DNA of 64,000 nucleotides from a virus (Duplodnaviria > Caudoviricetes). Where the stretch lies: the IMG/VR virus record IMGVR_UViG_3300031993_000012, positions 32,001-96,000 of that record; one strand, written 5' to 3'. The notes beneath the pieces were generated by a model. The model ran no database searches. It saw nothing but the letters and a program-made list of their open reading frames with translations, and had not been told where the DNA came from. The position numbers were made by a program, and so were the translations under genes. Positions 17,709 through 27,989 of this stretch are shown one piece after another (the first letter of the stretch is position 1; every line of letters starts with the position of its first letter).

Positions 17709-19010
17709 GTGTAAAGTAAAGTGTGGTTCTGTCGTGTTTTGGCATAGCAATGTGTGATATCGTTTCGTATTGGTAAAGCAGAGCATAGTGTAATGCTGTG
17801 AAGGTATGGTAGGGTAAAGTAACGCAAAGGTATCGCGTTGTTCAGTGATGTGACGGTTTGGTAGGGTAATGTAGTGTGTAGCTATGGCATAGCGATGTTC
17901 TGTGAAGTGCGGTCGCGTATTGGTATCGTAAAGTATTGCGGTGTCGCGTAGAGGTTTAGCTTGGTGCTGTATAGTACTGGTGGAGCATAGTTAGGCACAG
18001 CTGGTCTTTGTTTTGTGCTGGTATGGTATGGCGTAGTATAGTCTGCAACGGTGTAGCAAAGTAGCGCGGTGTTCAGGTATAGTGATGATAGTTTTGTTCT
18101 GTATCGGTAAAGTGCTGTATTGCTGGGTAATGGTATTGTATTGTCGCATATTGTCTTGTGAGGGTGAAGGGCAGTATTGTCGCGTAGAGTAGCGGCAAAG
18201 CATAGTGATGTCGCGCAGCGTCATGGTAAAGTCAAGTGATGCTATATGGTGTCAGGTGATGGTAATGTGGGGCAATGTGTAGTATAGTAGAGGCGAAGTC
18301 TAGCGATGCTAGGTTCTGGTGTAGTATAGTACCGGAACGTCTAGTATTGGTACAGTGGAGTACAGCGTTACGAAGTGCTGGTACTGTTAAGTGATGTGTA
18401 GTGTCGGTATGGTAATCCGTAGTGTAGTAGAGGTAATGTGGGGTGTGGCACTGTATAGGTGTGGTGTAGTGTTGTATCGTAATGTCAGGTAATGGCAACG
18501 TAGTACATGGCAATGGTTCAGTGTAGTGCCGCATAGTCACGTAGAGGTTTAGTCTGGTGCCGCATGGTCAGGTTGCGGTTTAGCCTAGTTTCGCTTAGTC
18601 CAGGTAATGTTAAGTCTAGTGTAGTTTTGGTTCAGTGATGTGTGAAGTAATGGTATAGCAATGTCTGGTACTGGTATGGTATAGTCACGTGAAGTGTCGG
18701 TTTGGCGGAGTAAGGTTTAGCTCAGTGATGGCGTGGTAGAGTAAAGCGCGGCACATCGTCGTAATGGCGTAGTCTCGTATAGTATAGTAAAGGTAAAGTG
18801 AAGTATAGTGCTGTAATGTGCCGGTGAGGCAAAGCAAGGTCCCGCTTGGTATTGGTTTGGTGCAGTCAAGTTATGTCACGGTAACGCAGTACATAGTAAT
18901 GTATGGTACAGGCTCAGTTCAGTAGAGCTATGTTTTGGCGAAGCGGGGTATTGTCAAGCGTAGTATGGGTTTCGCAGGGTCCTGTTATGCATTGTGTCGG
19001 TGCTGTGTGA
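17709..19010 (+). repeat. nested pentamer array 2: about 45 units of G(GYNNN)n
   Basis: Same grammar and same first 14 nt (GTGTAAAGTAAAGT) as array 1. Confidence 0.9.
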
Positions 19011-19033
19011 CAGCATTAAAAACCTACACACTT

Positions 19034-19076
19034 AAAAAAAGAATATTCCCGGGTCGCTCCCGGGTATTCTTTTTTT
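19034..19076 (+). terminator. intrinsic terminator after array 2
   Basis: A7-GAATATTCCCGGG...CCCGGGTATTC-T7. Confidence 0.75.
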
Positions 19077-19115
19077 GTTCACGATTTGATAATTTATACG
19101 AAAGGAGTTGTTTTT

Positions 19116-19928
19116 ATGGCAACTGTATTACAACCAGACCGAGTTGTTACATGTAACGGAGTCAAGGTAAATCAATATTTTCTGACCGTGAACAATCCAT
19201 TTCATATTGATATGCCTACATCGGAAATGAATAAAGTCATTGGTGTAACAATTCACAATACCGATTGGATATCTGTTATCCAAGGTAGTACACCCGCAGA
19301 GCAATATACACGTGCAACCGTCAATGGTAATATGAATGATGTCCGTGTTCATTATTATGTTGATGATAAATGTGCATGGCAAAATTTACCATTGAATCGT
19401 GCAGGATGGCATGCTGCTGATGGTAAAGGTGATGGTAACAGAAAGACAATCGCTATTGAATGCATCATGTCACCAAATTACAATGGTATCGATCAAGCAT
19501 CAGAATTAAACTGTGCACGTTTGGCTGCGTATTTACTCCATGAATACAAACTCGATATCAATCATTTGTATACACATACACATTGGTTGAATGTTAAAAA
19601 TGGTAAACGTGGTGATGTTGATTTTTTGAATACGGATCCCAGCCCCGAGAAACGGTGCCCTTTGTATATTCTTCCACATTGGAATGAATTCAAAGAAAAA
19701 GTTCATGATTATTTGAATGAACTGAACAATGGTAATGAAATCAATCATACAAATGATATGATATATTTGAAACAAGGAACTCCGATATATCCGAACGCGG
19801 GTGTGAATACCAGAATGAGTGGAATAATAAAAACATCATGCAAATATACAATCGTTGAAAGACGTACTGCATATGGTATAACATGGGGTAGATTAAAATC
19901 AAATAAAGGATGGGTTAAATTGAAATAA
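19116..19928 (+). CDS. endolysin, N-acetylmuramoyl-L-alanine amidase (Amidase_2) with C-terminal SH3-like domain
   Basis: VTIHNT, VHYYVDD, WHAADG..GN..TIAIE, THTHW, K.CP; C-terminal YTIVE....WGRLKS.KGWV. Confidence 0.92.
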   Translation: MATVLQPDRVVTCNGVKVNQYFLTVNNPFHIDMPTSEMNKVIGVTIHNTDWISVIQGSTPAEQYTRATVNGNMNDVRVHYYVDDKCAWQNLPLNRAGWHAADGKGDGNRKTIAIECIMSPNYNGIDQASELNCARLAAYLLHEYKLDINHLYTHTHWLNVKNGKRGDVDFLNTDPSPEKRCPLYILPHWNEFKEKVHDYLNELNNGNEINHTNDMIYLKQGTPIYPNAGVNTRMSGIIKTSCKYTIVERRTAYGITWGRLKSNKGWVKLK

Positions 19929-19960
19929 TGAATGCGGGGGTATCACCCCCGCTCATTATA

Positions 19961-22174
19961 TTATACTTGTGAATATCCGAATTTACGATTCATCCATGTG
20001 TTTGCACCAGCCATGATTGAATCACCAATATTGTCAAATGTATGTCGTAATGCGGACGATGTTAATGCGAGTTTCGTTACTAAACGAACTGCGGGATTTA
20101 CACGATATTTATCACAACCACACATCTGTGCGATATAATCAAACATTGTATTGTTATTCAAGAATGTTGATATTTCGTTCATCGGTGATGTCATTAATAC
20201 GTGTTGCAAATCTGTAACTGTAATTTGTACATCTATTGCTAACGGATAACCATTGATGGAAACATCTGTTTGTCCGGGGTTCTTTGTTACTGATAATGAT
20301 GTGATCATTCCTAAACGGGTTCCCCATAATCCAGGAACGTTTGCTTGAATGATTGGTGGAAATGCGTATGCAGCCGCGTTGTTTTTTGATAAACGTGGTA
20401 ATGCCATACCCATTAAATAGAATAATGGAACCAATACATTTACTAAATATGAATACGGGTCTCCCGATGGTGATACCAAATGTGTTGTAAATGATACAGT
20501 TTGTTGTGATGTTGATGATTGGAATATCTGTGGATATATAGTATGATCACCAGTAAATGATTTCGTAAAACCACCGACGATTGCTGCAGTAAAACGTCCA
20601 ATACCACCACCGAGTGTACTCATTACCGCTTCAGCAGCATTTGTTCCTTTCTGTGCGAGATTGATAATAATATCATCTGCTTTAGTGGTAGAAGCATTTG
20701 TAAGAAATGCGATTTCATTACCGAATGATTGACCTTGATTCATGATACCAAATAATTGTGAATCACCAACATTGTTTGTATATGTTTCATTGAATGAATT
20801 TGGGTCTACCATTAATGATACATATTGAGATGTATCTCCTTCGATGTTGTCTCGTTGAGTAACTGCCCCTAATCCATCAGTTGGTGTAATGTAACGATAA
20901 TTACTCCAAACATCATCGCCTTTATCAGAAACATTTGCATTCATTCCGATTGGGAATAATTGTTCACCGATTCTAACTGGTGCTTTCTGTAATCCGAGCA
21001 TTATTACTGCAGTATTAATCATCATCTTAACATTGTTGATGTATGTGTACCAATCCGCTTCGAAAGTGTAGAATGGTTGTTGAACTGATAATGATGTCAA
21101 TAATGATGCTGTTATACCAGCCGCTCCACCAAGTATGGAATCACCAATCGAATCTATCATCTGACGTGTTTCACCGGTTATGTTTGCAACTTCAACATCT
21201 GCATCAACGCCTTCTAATCCTAACTCGGATGCTTTGGCCATTGTGAAATCATCACCATCATCACCAATTTCAATACTGAAAGCATCAAACGCTGCTTCTT
21301 GATTAACAACCTTTTCCATTACTGTGGTTTCTGATAAACCCGGAACAGATGTATCATCTTTACCATAAATATCATATGTATTTAATGCTTTCAGATAATT
21401 CTTTGTTTGGTTGAGTATTCCCCATAAAGAACCGACACCACCGGTGAATCGTGCACGTCCAACGAAGAAATTGCATATTGGTGCATCTTGTAATATTTTT
21501 TGTAAATAATAATCACCGACTGGACCATAGTGTGAATCGTCATATGCTGATAATAATCTCATATCACACATATTGGTTAATTGCGGTGGTGCACCGAATA
21601 AACGTGGTGAATATAATTTCAATAATGGATTTGATTGTGTTGGTGCGGATGACGATGATGAATATGATTGTTGTATACCCGCAGTTGGTATATAATAATT
21701 ATTTGATGTATTTCCGGTGATTTGATCTGTTAATAATTGCTGTGCTTCATTGGAAACTTCTTCTTGTGTTTTTGTTGCAGTTTGACCTTCTTCGTATTTA
21801 CCAACGGCATTCCGATACGTCTTATACAGTAAAGTCGTATCATCATTACTACCGATGATTCTGGCATATGCAGCTGGATTAGAAGTTTTCAAATCATCCA
21901 ATGATCGAAGTGTAACCATGGTTTCTGAATCGCCTAATCGGTCAATTAAATCATTGATTGGTTTGTTTTGTAATGCACCTTCGTAACCTTGACCTTCGAC
22001 TAATTGTGAACGTAAATCTTCACTCATTAAATCGATGATGGTTTGTGCTCTATCAGGTTGATCTGCTTCAATTGCTGCATCTATTAAGTCTGTACCGGTT
22101 TCGGTTAATCCCATATTAAACAACATTTCACGTCGTTCTTCGGGTGTCGGATTATCATATAATGACATAAACAT
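19961..22174 (-). CDS. putative virion (baseplate/tail) structural protein
   Basis: 737 aa; late-promoter motif upstream; C-terminal PPII...G....GMITSLSVTK....NGYPL.IDV.ITVTDL resembles tail-tube/baseplate-like folds. Confidence 0.6.
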   Translation of the reverse strand: MFMSLYDNPTPEERREMLFNMGLTETGTDLIDAAIEADQPDRAQTIIDLMSEDLRSQLVEGQGYEGALQNKPINDLIDRLGDSETMVTLRSLDDLKTSNPAAYARIIGSNDDTTLLYKTYRNAVGKYEEGQTATKTQEEVSNEAQQLLTDQITGNTSNNYYIPTAGIQQSYSSSSSAPTQSNPLLKLYSPRLFGAPPQLTNMCDMRLLSAYDDSHYGPVGDYYLQKILQDAPICNFFVGRARFTGGVGSLWGILNQTKNYLKALNTYDIYGKDDTSVPGLSETTVMEKVVNQEAAFDAFSIEIGDDGDDFTMAKASELGLEGVDADVEVANITGETRQMIDSIGDSILGGAAGITASLLTSLSVQQPFYTFEADWYTYINNVKMMINTAVIMLGLQKAPVRIGEQLFPIGMNANVSDKGDDVWSNYRYITPTDGLGAVTQRDNIEGDTSQYVSLMVDPNSFNETYTNNVGDSQLFGIMNQGQSFGNEIAFLTNASTTKADDIIINLAQKGTNAAEAVMSTLGGGIGRFTAAIVGGFTKSFTGDHTIYPQIFQSSTSQQTVSFTTHLVSPSGDPYSYLVNVLVPLFYLMGMALPRLSKNNAAAYAFPPIIQANVPGLWGTRLGMITSLSVTKNPGQTDVSINGYPLAIDVQITVTDLQHVLMTSPMNEISTFLNNNTMFDYIAQMCGCDKYRVNPAVRLVTKLALTSSALRHTFDNIGDSIMAGANTWMNRKFGYSQV

Positions 22175-22191
22175 TCTCCTTTCAAGTTGAG

Positions 22192-22209
22192 ATTACTTTT
22201 GGGTTGACC
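22192..22209 (-). promoter_or_regulatory. putative phage late promoter
   Basis: GGTCAACC-CAAAAG-TAAT on minus strand just upstream of RBS; motif recurs (see findings). Confidence 0.6.
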
Positions 22210-22284
22210 AAACATATTTGTATTTCATATTTATATCATTAAAATGTAACAGTCAGGTACTGTTCATTATTTCAGAAAGGAAGC

Positions 22285-24660
22285 GTGTTTATGAGTAAAA
22301 TCCAAACATTTAAAGACGATGAAATGTACATCAAAACTTCTGATATTGATGCAATTCAACGTCGTCCATCAATGTACATCAGCCAGGTTGGTCTTGGAGG
22401 TGCAGGTCAAATATGTCGAGAGTTGATTGATAATTCTCGTGATGAGTGTATCAAAAAAGATTCTCCCGGTGATGAGATATACATTGAAATCGATGACAAA
22501 CATCTATTTGTCAAAGATAATGGTCGTGGTATCGCAACTGATTTATTACAGAAAGTATATGAAACCAATCAGGCTGGTTCGAGTATGTTAAGAGCTGGTG
22601 GTGAAACTGTTGGTGAAAATGGTTCTGGTACCGCATTGGCAACTGCACTCAGTGGAACATTGATTGTCACAACCACCAGACCACAAGAAAAGAAAAAGCT
22701 CACACTCGAATATCACGATGGTAAATTAGCCGATAAGAAATTAGAAAAATATACCGGCAATGAACATGGACTCAGTAACTATTTCGAACCATCTAAGTTT
22801 TATCTGGGAACAAACAAAATTCCTGTTGATGATTTAGCAGAATGGATTCGTGATTTTGATTATACTATTAACAATGAATACAAAATCATTTATAAGATAA
22901 GAAACAAAGAATACAAAGTTGAACATAAACCGTTAAAGAAATATATCCAATTACACTGCACGGACGCAAATGCATTCTCAACATTCCCAATGGAATTCAG
23001 TTGTAAAGGAAAACTTGATGAAGATTTTCAGGGTAAAACATATCATCGTACATTTAATGTTGATGCTGTGTTGGTTTATGCACATCCGGAATATACCGAT
23101 GATTTGATATGTCAATCATGGATGAATAAAATAAATACAATTCAACACGGTTCACATCTGAGTGGTGTACTCAAAGGATATCAAATGTTTATAACCGAAA
23201 AATGTATCAAACGCAATAAGAAGTTAGAAGATGAAGATCTCCGTAAAGATATTATCAATCATCTTCATATTGTTGTAAACGCCCGTTGTAATCTCGCACA
23301 TATGTTCTCTGGTCAGACCAAGTACAATTGTATTTCTCCAGATTTGGAAAAAGCAATCATTGATGCTACATATGAATCATTGAATAAGAATGTTACAAAA
23401 GAAATCGTTGATCAGTTTGTTGATATGGTTATCGGTAATCATCGTGCACGTGTTGCGGGTGAACAATCCAGAAATATCAATAAAGCCGTCAAGGATGATA
23501 AAAAATGGGTTCAACCAAAATGTTTCATTCCGTGTTCAAATGTCAAGTGTGAATTTCCACGTGAACTGTATATGGTTGAAGGTAATTCAGCAGGTGGTGG
23601 TTTACGTGCGGCACGAGATGCACGTTTTCAAGCAATATTCCAAGCTCGTGGTAAAACATTATCCGTTTGGAGCAAAGCGATAGAAGAAGTGTTAAAATCC
23701 CAAGTATGGAGAGATTTCATAAAATGTTTAGGTTGTGGTATTGGTCCAACATTCAACATGAAGAAACTCAAATATGATAAAATTATTATTGCAACTGATG
23801 CTGATATAGATGGTTTCCAAATCAGAGTATTAGATGTATCATTGTTTGTAATGTTTTATCCGGAAATCATCCAAGCTGGTAAATTGTATATTGCAGAACC
23901 ACCACTGTATCGTCTTGAACAAGGTAAGAAACATTTCTATGTTGCAACTCAGAATGAATACATTGATGTATGTATCAAATCAATTGGTGATATTAAGATT
24001 GAATTCCCCGAAAGACCAAAACATCAAATCACCGCAACAACATTTGTTCATCTTACATTCAATTATTTATCGGATCTCAGAGATGCAAGTATCACTAGAA
24101 ATGTCAATCCTCAGTTCTTAGAATACATTGCATGGGGAATTGCAAATAATGGAGGTGACATCAATAAGTTTATCAAGAACATAACCAAGTGGCAGAAACA
24201 ACTCGCAGATGTATATCCTGAGTTAGGTTATGATGATAAAACCCATCAGATTACAAATGTAATTGATTACCATGATCAACTGGTTGTATTAGATGAATAT
24301 TTGGTTGAATCAATCAAATCCATAATTGATACAATAATGATTTATGGTGTAATGATTACATATACATCGAAGAAACTCGGTACATCGGTAACAAATACGT
24401 TGTCAAATTTCTATGCTGATATGGAGAAATATTATCCGACAATCAAGAACCGTTACAAAGGTTTAGGTTCGTCGCCAGCAATTATATCCAAAGAAGTTAT
24501 CATGGATCCGAAGACACGTAGAATTATTCGTCTTACGATGAATGATGCATTAATTATGCAACAGATGGGTGTTTTGTTGGCAAAGGATAAAGATTCTTTG
24601 TTAGCACGTAAAGATCTCATCAGTAGTTTCCACTTTACAAAGAATGACATAGATAATTAA
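22285..24660 (+). CDS. gyrB: type IIA topoisomerase B subunit (GyrB/ParE-like)
   Basis: RRPSMYI, ELIDNSRDE, DNGRGI, FSGQTK, EGNSAGG, RGK, TDADIDG, PPLY, RYKGLG. Confidence 0.93.
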   Translation: MFMSKIQTFKDDEMYIKTSDIDAIQRRPSMYISQVGLGGAGQICRELIDNSRDECIKKDSPGDEIYIEIDDKHLFVKDNGRGIATDLLQKVYETNQAGSSMLRAGGETVGENGSGTALATALSGTLIVTTTRPQEKKKLTLEYHDGKLADKKLEKYTGNEHGLSNYFEPSKFYLGTNKIPVDDLAEWIRDFDYTINNEYKIIYKIRNKEYKVEHKPLKKYIQLHCTDANAFSTFPMEFSCKGKLDEDFQGKTYHRTFNVDAVLVYAHPEYTDDLICQSWMNKINTIQHGSHLSGVLKGYQMFITEKCIKRNKKLEDEDLRKDIINHLHIVVNARCNLAHMFSGQTKYNCISPDLEKAIIDATYESLNKNVTKEIVDQFVDMVIGNHRARVAGEQSRNINKAVKDDKKWVQPKCFIPCSNVKCEFPRELYMVEGNSAGGGLRAARDARFQAIFQARGKTLSVWSKAIEEVLKSQVWRDFIKCLGCGIGPTFNMKKLKYDKIIIATDADIDGFQIRVLDVSLFVMFYPEIIQAGKLYIAEPPLYRLEQGKKHFYVATQNEYIDVCIKSIGDIKIEFPERPKHQITATTFVHLTFNYLSDLRDASITRNVNPQFLEYIAWGIANNGGDINKFIKNITKWQKQLADVYPELGYDDKTHQITNVIDYHDQLVVLDEYLVESIKSIIDTIMIYGVMITYTSKKLGTSVTNTLSNFYADMEKYYPTIKNRYKGLGSSPAIISKEVIMDPKTRRIIRLTMNDALIMQQMGVLLAKDKDSLLARKDLISSFHFTKNDIDN

Positions 24661-24677
24661 AGAAGGGATGGATTAGT

Positions 24678-26726
24678 ATGTTCAATTATAATATCGATAC
24701 CGAGGTTAATGAATCAGAGTTCGATGACCTCAGAGAGATGGATGAAATAACCGACGTCGATCAGTTATTGGAGTTAATTGGTGTGCCTGTGATTATCAAC
24801 AGGCACATTTCCGACATTGAAACATTCATGAGAAGAGTTGTGGATATTGCAGTAATGTGTTGGAGTAATGATGATGGAAATGGCGATACACTTGAGCATA
24901 CTAGAATCAATTTTAAAGTATCCGCTGAAAGTGTTGTTACATATTCATTACCATTGAACGCATTCATGTTCTTTCTCATATTCATCAATCCGATAATCAA
25001 ATACGTTGAAGACATCAAGATTGAAGATTTCATATTTGAACCACCATTGATTGAGAAAGAAACGATTGCGATTATCAATCGTATCATGAGAGTATTACAA
25101 CAGTTCATGCATCCAATGTCTGAGATATACGAAGTAATCGCAAATGTTCTGTTATATATGTCTGAGCTTAACAGAATATTTGGTCAAGCATGTATCCAAA
25201 TATTTACGACTGAAAATCTGTTTCTTGACCATTACAGAGAATCTGCAATCATTCGTGATATCAATAATACTGTATATCCACGTAACATGCAGACTGCAGA
25301 TATTGTTGAAGAAAACAGTAAACGTTTCATATTGTTACGTGATGAAATGATTAAACGTGGAAATCCGTTATTCATAGATGATCGTTTCACACGTATACTC
25401 AAACAGAAACAGATTGAAGAATTGTTCATTCATTTCGGTCAGATACCAGATGGACGTAATATTGTCAATGTTCAAATGAATGGTAATGGATTCAACGATG
25501 GATACAAGGATCCGGAAGTAATTTATGCGGCAGCAATTGCAGCACGTGTTCCGGATTTGATGAATGCTGACTATATGGGCGTGGTTGGATACTTTGCACG
25601 AAACTTGTGGATTCTCACATACGGAACAATATCCAAGAAAGTAAACGATTGTGGTTCAAAGAATCCGATTCCAATTGTGATTGATGAATCCGCACTCAAG
25701 ATGTTCGATGGACGTTATTATTATAAAAATAAACACGATGGAATTCGTCGTGTGTTCCATAAAACAGATACGCATCTTTTAGGTCAACAGCTCTGGTTCC
25801 GTTCACCATGTACATGTAATCTGAACAATGATGTTTGTCATATATGTTATGGTAATGCAGCATTGCGTGTCAAAGATTTCAACGGTGGATTTGTATGTAC
25901 AACACAATTCATGACAGGACCAATCAATCAGAATGTTTTATCAGCAAAACATTTATTGAAAGCAAATGCGGAACTCATTGTATTTACCAATAATCTGGAT
26001 AAATATTTCGAAATGGATTCCTGTCAACTTTCCGTCAAAGAAGATGTTAAGAAGTTTGATATATTCATTCGTGAAGATTATATGGATGACATCACCGAGA
26101 AATTCGAAATGTTTATTGGTAAGAATATGGAACCAATCACCATTACAAATTACGCAAATATCAATATCAGCAAAACCGTATTATCCAAAGCAAAGATTAT
26201 ATCAATCGACGATGTTAATTATTATCGTATCAATTCATCAAAGGTTGAAGATGATCTGTGTACACTGACTCCAATCAATAAAATGATGACAGAGAAATAC
26301 CTGAAGATGATGCATCTGTTAGATAATAACATTGTTAAATATGATAATGTATCTGACGTTGTTACAGAGCTTTATCATTTACTTGATGGAACAATACCGT
26401 TATTATCAACACATGGAGAAATCATCATTGGTTGTTTACTCCGTAATCATGAGAATCCAATGCGTCGTCCGAATTGGTTGAATTATGATGAACCGTATCA
26501 GATGGTACGTGTTAAAACCGCATTGTCGAATACGGATTCATTCACAGAAGCAGTTGCATCTGAACAAACAAATCATCATCTTCGTCATGCTGTATTCGAT
26601 CGTCGTAATACAATCAATAAAATCGGTGCACGCTCATTCATTGACTTCTTATTCGGTTATACCAGAAAAGATATGACAGAAAAAGAACTTGCAGAAACAA
26701 TGAAAAGCAACGGTTGGATATTATAA
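24678..26726 (+). CDS. phage multisubunit RNA polymerase beta-prime C-terminal subunit
   Basis: Bridge-helix-like GYFARNL, DCGS, zinc site RSPCTC...VCHICYG, trigger-loop-like QNVLSAKH; no DxDGD in this fragment. Confidence 0.85.
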   Translation: MFNYNIDTEVNESEFDDLREMDEITDVDQLLELIGVPVIINRHISDIETFMRRVVDIAVMCWSNDDGNGDTLEHTRINFKVSAESVVTYSLPLNAFMFFLIFINPIIKYVEDIKIEDFIFEPPLIEKETIAIINRIMRVLQQFMHPMSEIYEVIANVLLYMSELNRIFGQACIQIFTTENLFLDHYRESAIIRDINNTVYPRNMQTADIVEENSKRFILLRDEMIKRGNPLFIDDRFTRILKQKQIEELFIHFGQIPDGRNIVNVQMNGNGFNDGYKDPEVIYAAAIAARVPDLMNADYMGVVGYFARNLWILTYGTISKKVNDCGSKNPIPIVIDESALKMFDGRYYYKNKHDGIRRVFHKTDTHLLGQQLWFRSPCTCNLNNDVCHICYGNAALRVKDFNGGFVCTTQFMTGPINQNVLSAKHLLKANAELIVFTNNLDKYFEMDSCQLSVKEDVKKFDIFIREDYMDDITEKFEMFIGKNMEPITITNYANINISKTVLSKAKIISIDDVNYYRINSSKVEDDLCTLTPINKMMTEKYLKMMHLLDNNIVKYDNVSDVVTELYHLLDGTIPLLSTHGEIIIGCLLRNHENPMRRPNWLNYDEPYQMVRVKTALSNTDSFTEAVASEQTNHHLRHAVFDRRNTINKIGARSFIDFLFGYTRKDMTEKELAETMKSNGWIL

Positions 26727-26732
26727 GGAGGG

Positions 26733-27794
26733 ATGATTATGTATACACCAAAGAATTATCCTTCCGGTAGATTATCCGGAATGGTTAAACCAAAATATCT
26801 CATCATCAAAAGTTTACTTGGTGAAGATTATGATACATCACATGGAGTTGATATCTATATTGATCTCAACACATTCATTACCGCAATGATTTCATCAAGA
26901 AATTATTTGTCAGCATTACCGTTTAACGAAGACGCTCAAGCAGATATAGTTGCATCATTCATTCATATTGCATTGCATTGGAAGAACTTTTCTCGTCAAT
27001 GGGATGATGCAAAGATATTCTTGATAATGAATGATTATGAGAATCCGTTATGTTGTGAACAGAAATCATTGAAATCATACTTACATCCATACAAGGATAA
27101 AATCAATTCCAGTATGTATGATAATTTTCGTTACTATCTCACAGAAGCGGTTAATATCACACAAAAAGTATTTCAGTTCATTCCGAATATGTATCTGATT
27201 AAATGTAAAGATTTCGATTCATTAGTATTTCCAACGGTACTCAAAGGATATGAATTGAATAACAGAAAACGTATAATCGTTACTGGTAATAATCTCTTTA
27301 CAGGATATATGTTTGAACCGAACTGTCGTGTGATATATTCCAAATGTCGTCATACTGGAATATCACAAGTATACGATCCAATCATGATTGCCAAAAGCAT
27401 ATCAAAGATTGATGACGATGCAATCGATATATTCATCAAGAATAAAGTATTCTATAATATGTTGAATATAATTGTCGGTGACTTCGATCGTGGTATCCTT
27501 GGAATGACTGGATTGGGTATTACCAGAATCGCAACTGAGATTGCACGTAATTACGAAAAAGGTATTATACCGAATGATCCTAAAAGTATTGAATCATTGT
27601 TGAGTGTGGTTGATGCTAATTATCATTCGTATATAAAACAATCATATCCATTGGTGGATTTAAAAACACATGGAAACATGGTTAAACAATCATCAATTGA
27701 AACAATCAAATCCGAACAGATGATTGATAATATCGACATCGATGGTTTGAGAGAATTCTCAATCGATGGTGTAAACTTACTTGAACTGATATAA
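26733..27794 (+). CDS. divergent 5'-3' exonuclease/FEN (PIN-like) fold protein
   Basis: IYIDLNT N-terminal strand; GDFDRGILGMTGLG resembles the H3TH motif. Confidence 0.5.
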   Translation: MIMYTPKNYPSGRLSGMVKPKYLIIKSLLGEDYDTSHGVDIYIDLNTFITAMISSRNYLSALPFNEDAQADIVASFIHIALHWKNFSRQWDDAKIFLIMNDYENPLCCEQKSLKSYLHPYKDKINSSMYDNFRYYLTEAVNITQKVFQFIPNMYLIKCKDFDSLVFPTVLKGYELNNRKRIIVTGNNLFTGYMFEPNCRVIYSKCRHTGISQVYDPIMIAKSISKIDDDAIDIFIKNKVFYNMLNIIVGDFDRGILGMTGLGITRIATEIARNYEKGIIPNDPKSIESLLSVVDANYHSYIKQSYPLVDLKTHGNMVKQSSIETIKSEQMIDNIDIDGLREFSIDGVNLLELI

Positions 27795-27805
27795 TGATAA
27801 TACCC

Positions 27806-27989
27806 CGGGAAATCCCGGGGTATTCTTTTTTCTAGAAAATGGAAATTCCATATATATATTATTAATATGAAGAAAGAGTAAATAATATACTCAATCTTCA
27901 GTCAAATTAATCAAAACTTTTAACTGGGGTAACTGGTCTAGTCAACTAACCTGCAACAAATTATGTATGCAGGTCCAGGAGGTAAACTT
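27806..27989 (+). promoter_or_regulatory. duplicated promoter + structured 5' leader, copy 1
   Basis: CATATATAT..TATTATTAATATGAAGAAAGA, GAAG/CTTC hairpin, CCTGCA/TGCAGG hairpin; homologous to 28520-28694. Confidence 0.75.

Noticed and set aside
16251-19010. Classical CRISPR array, simple microsatellite or telomere-like/G-quadruplex repeat
   Set aside because: No identical 25-40 nt repeats with spacers; units are non-identical with only GY fixed; GGG runs are scarce
17991-19156. ORFs 17991-18224, 18232-18540 and 18935-19156 in array 2
   Set aside because: Same artefact; the last runs through a terminator
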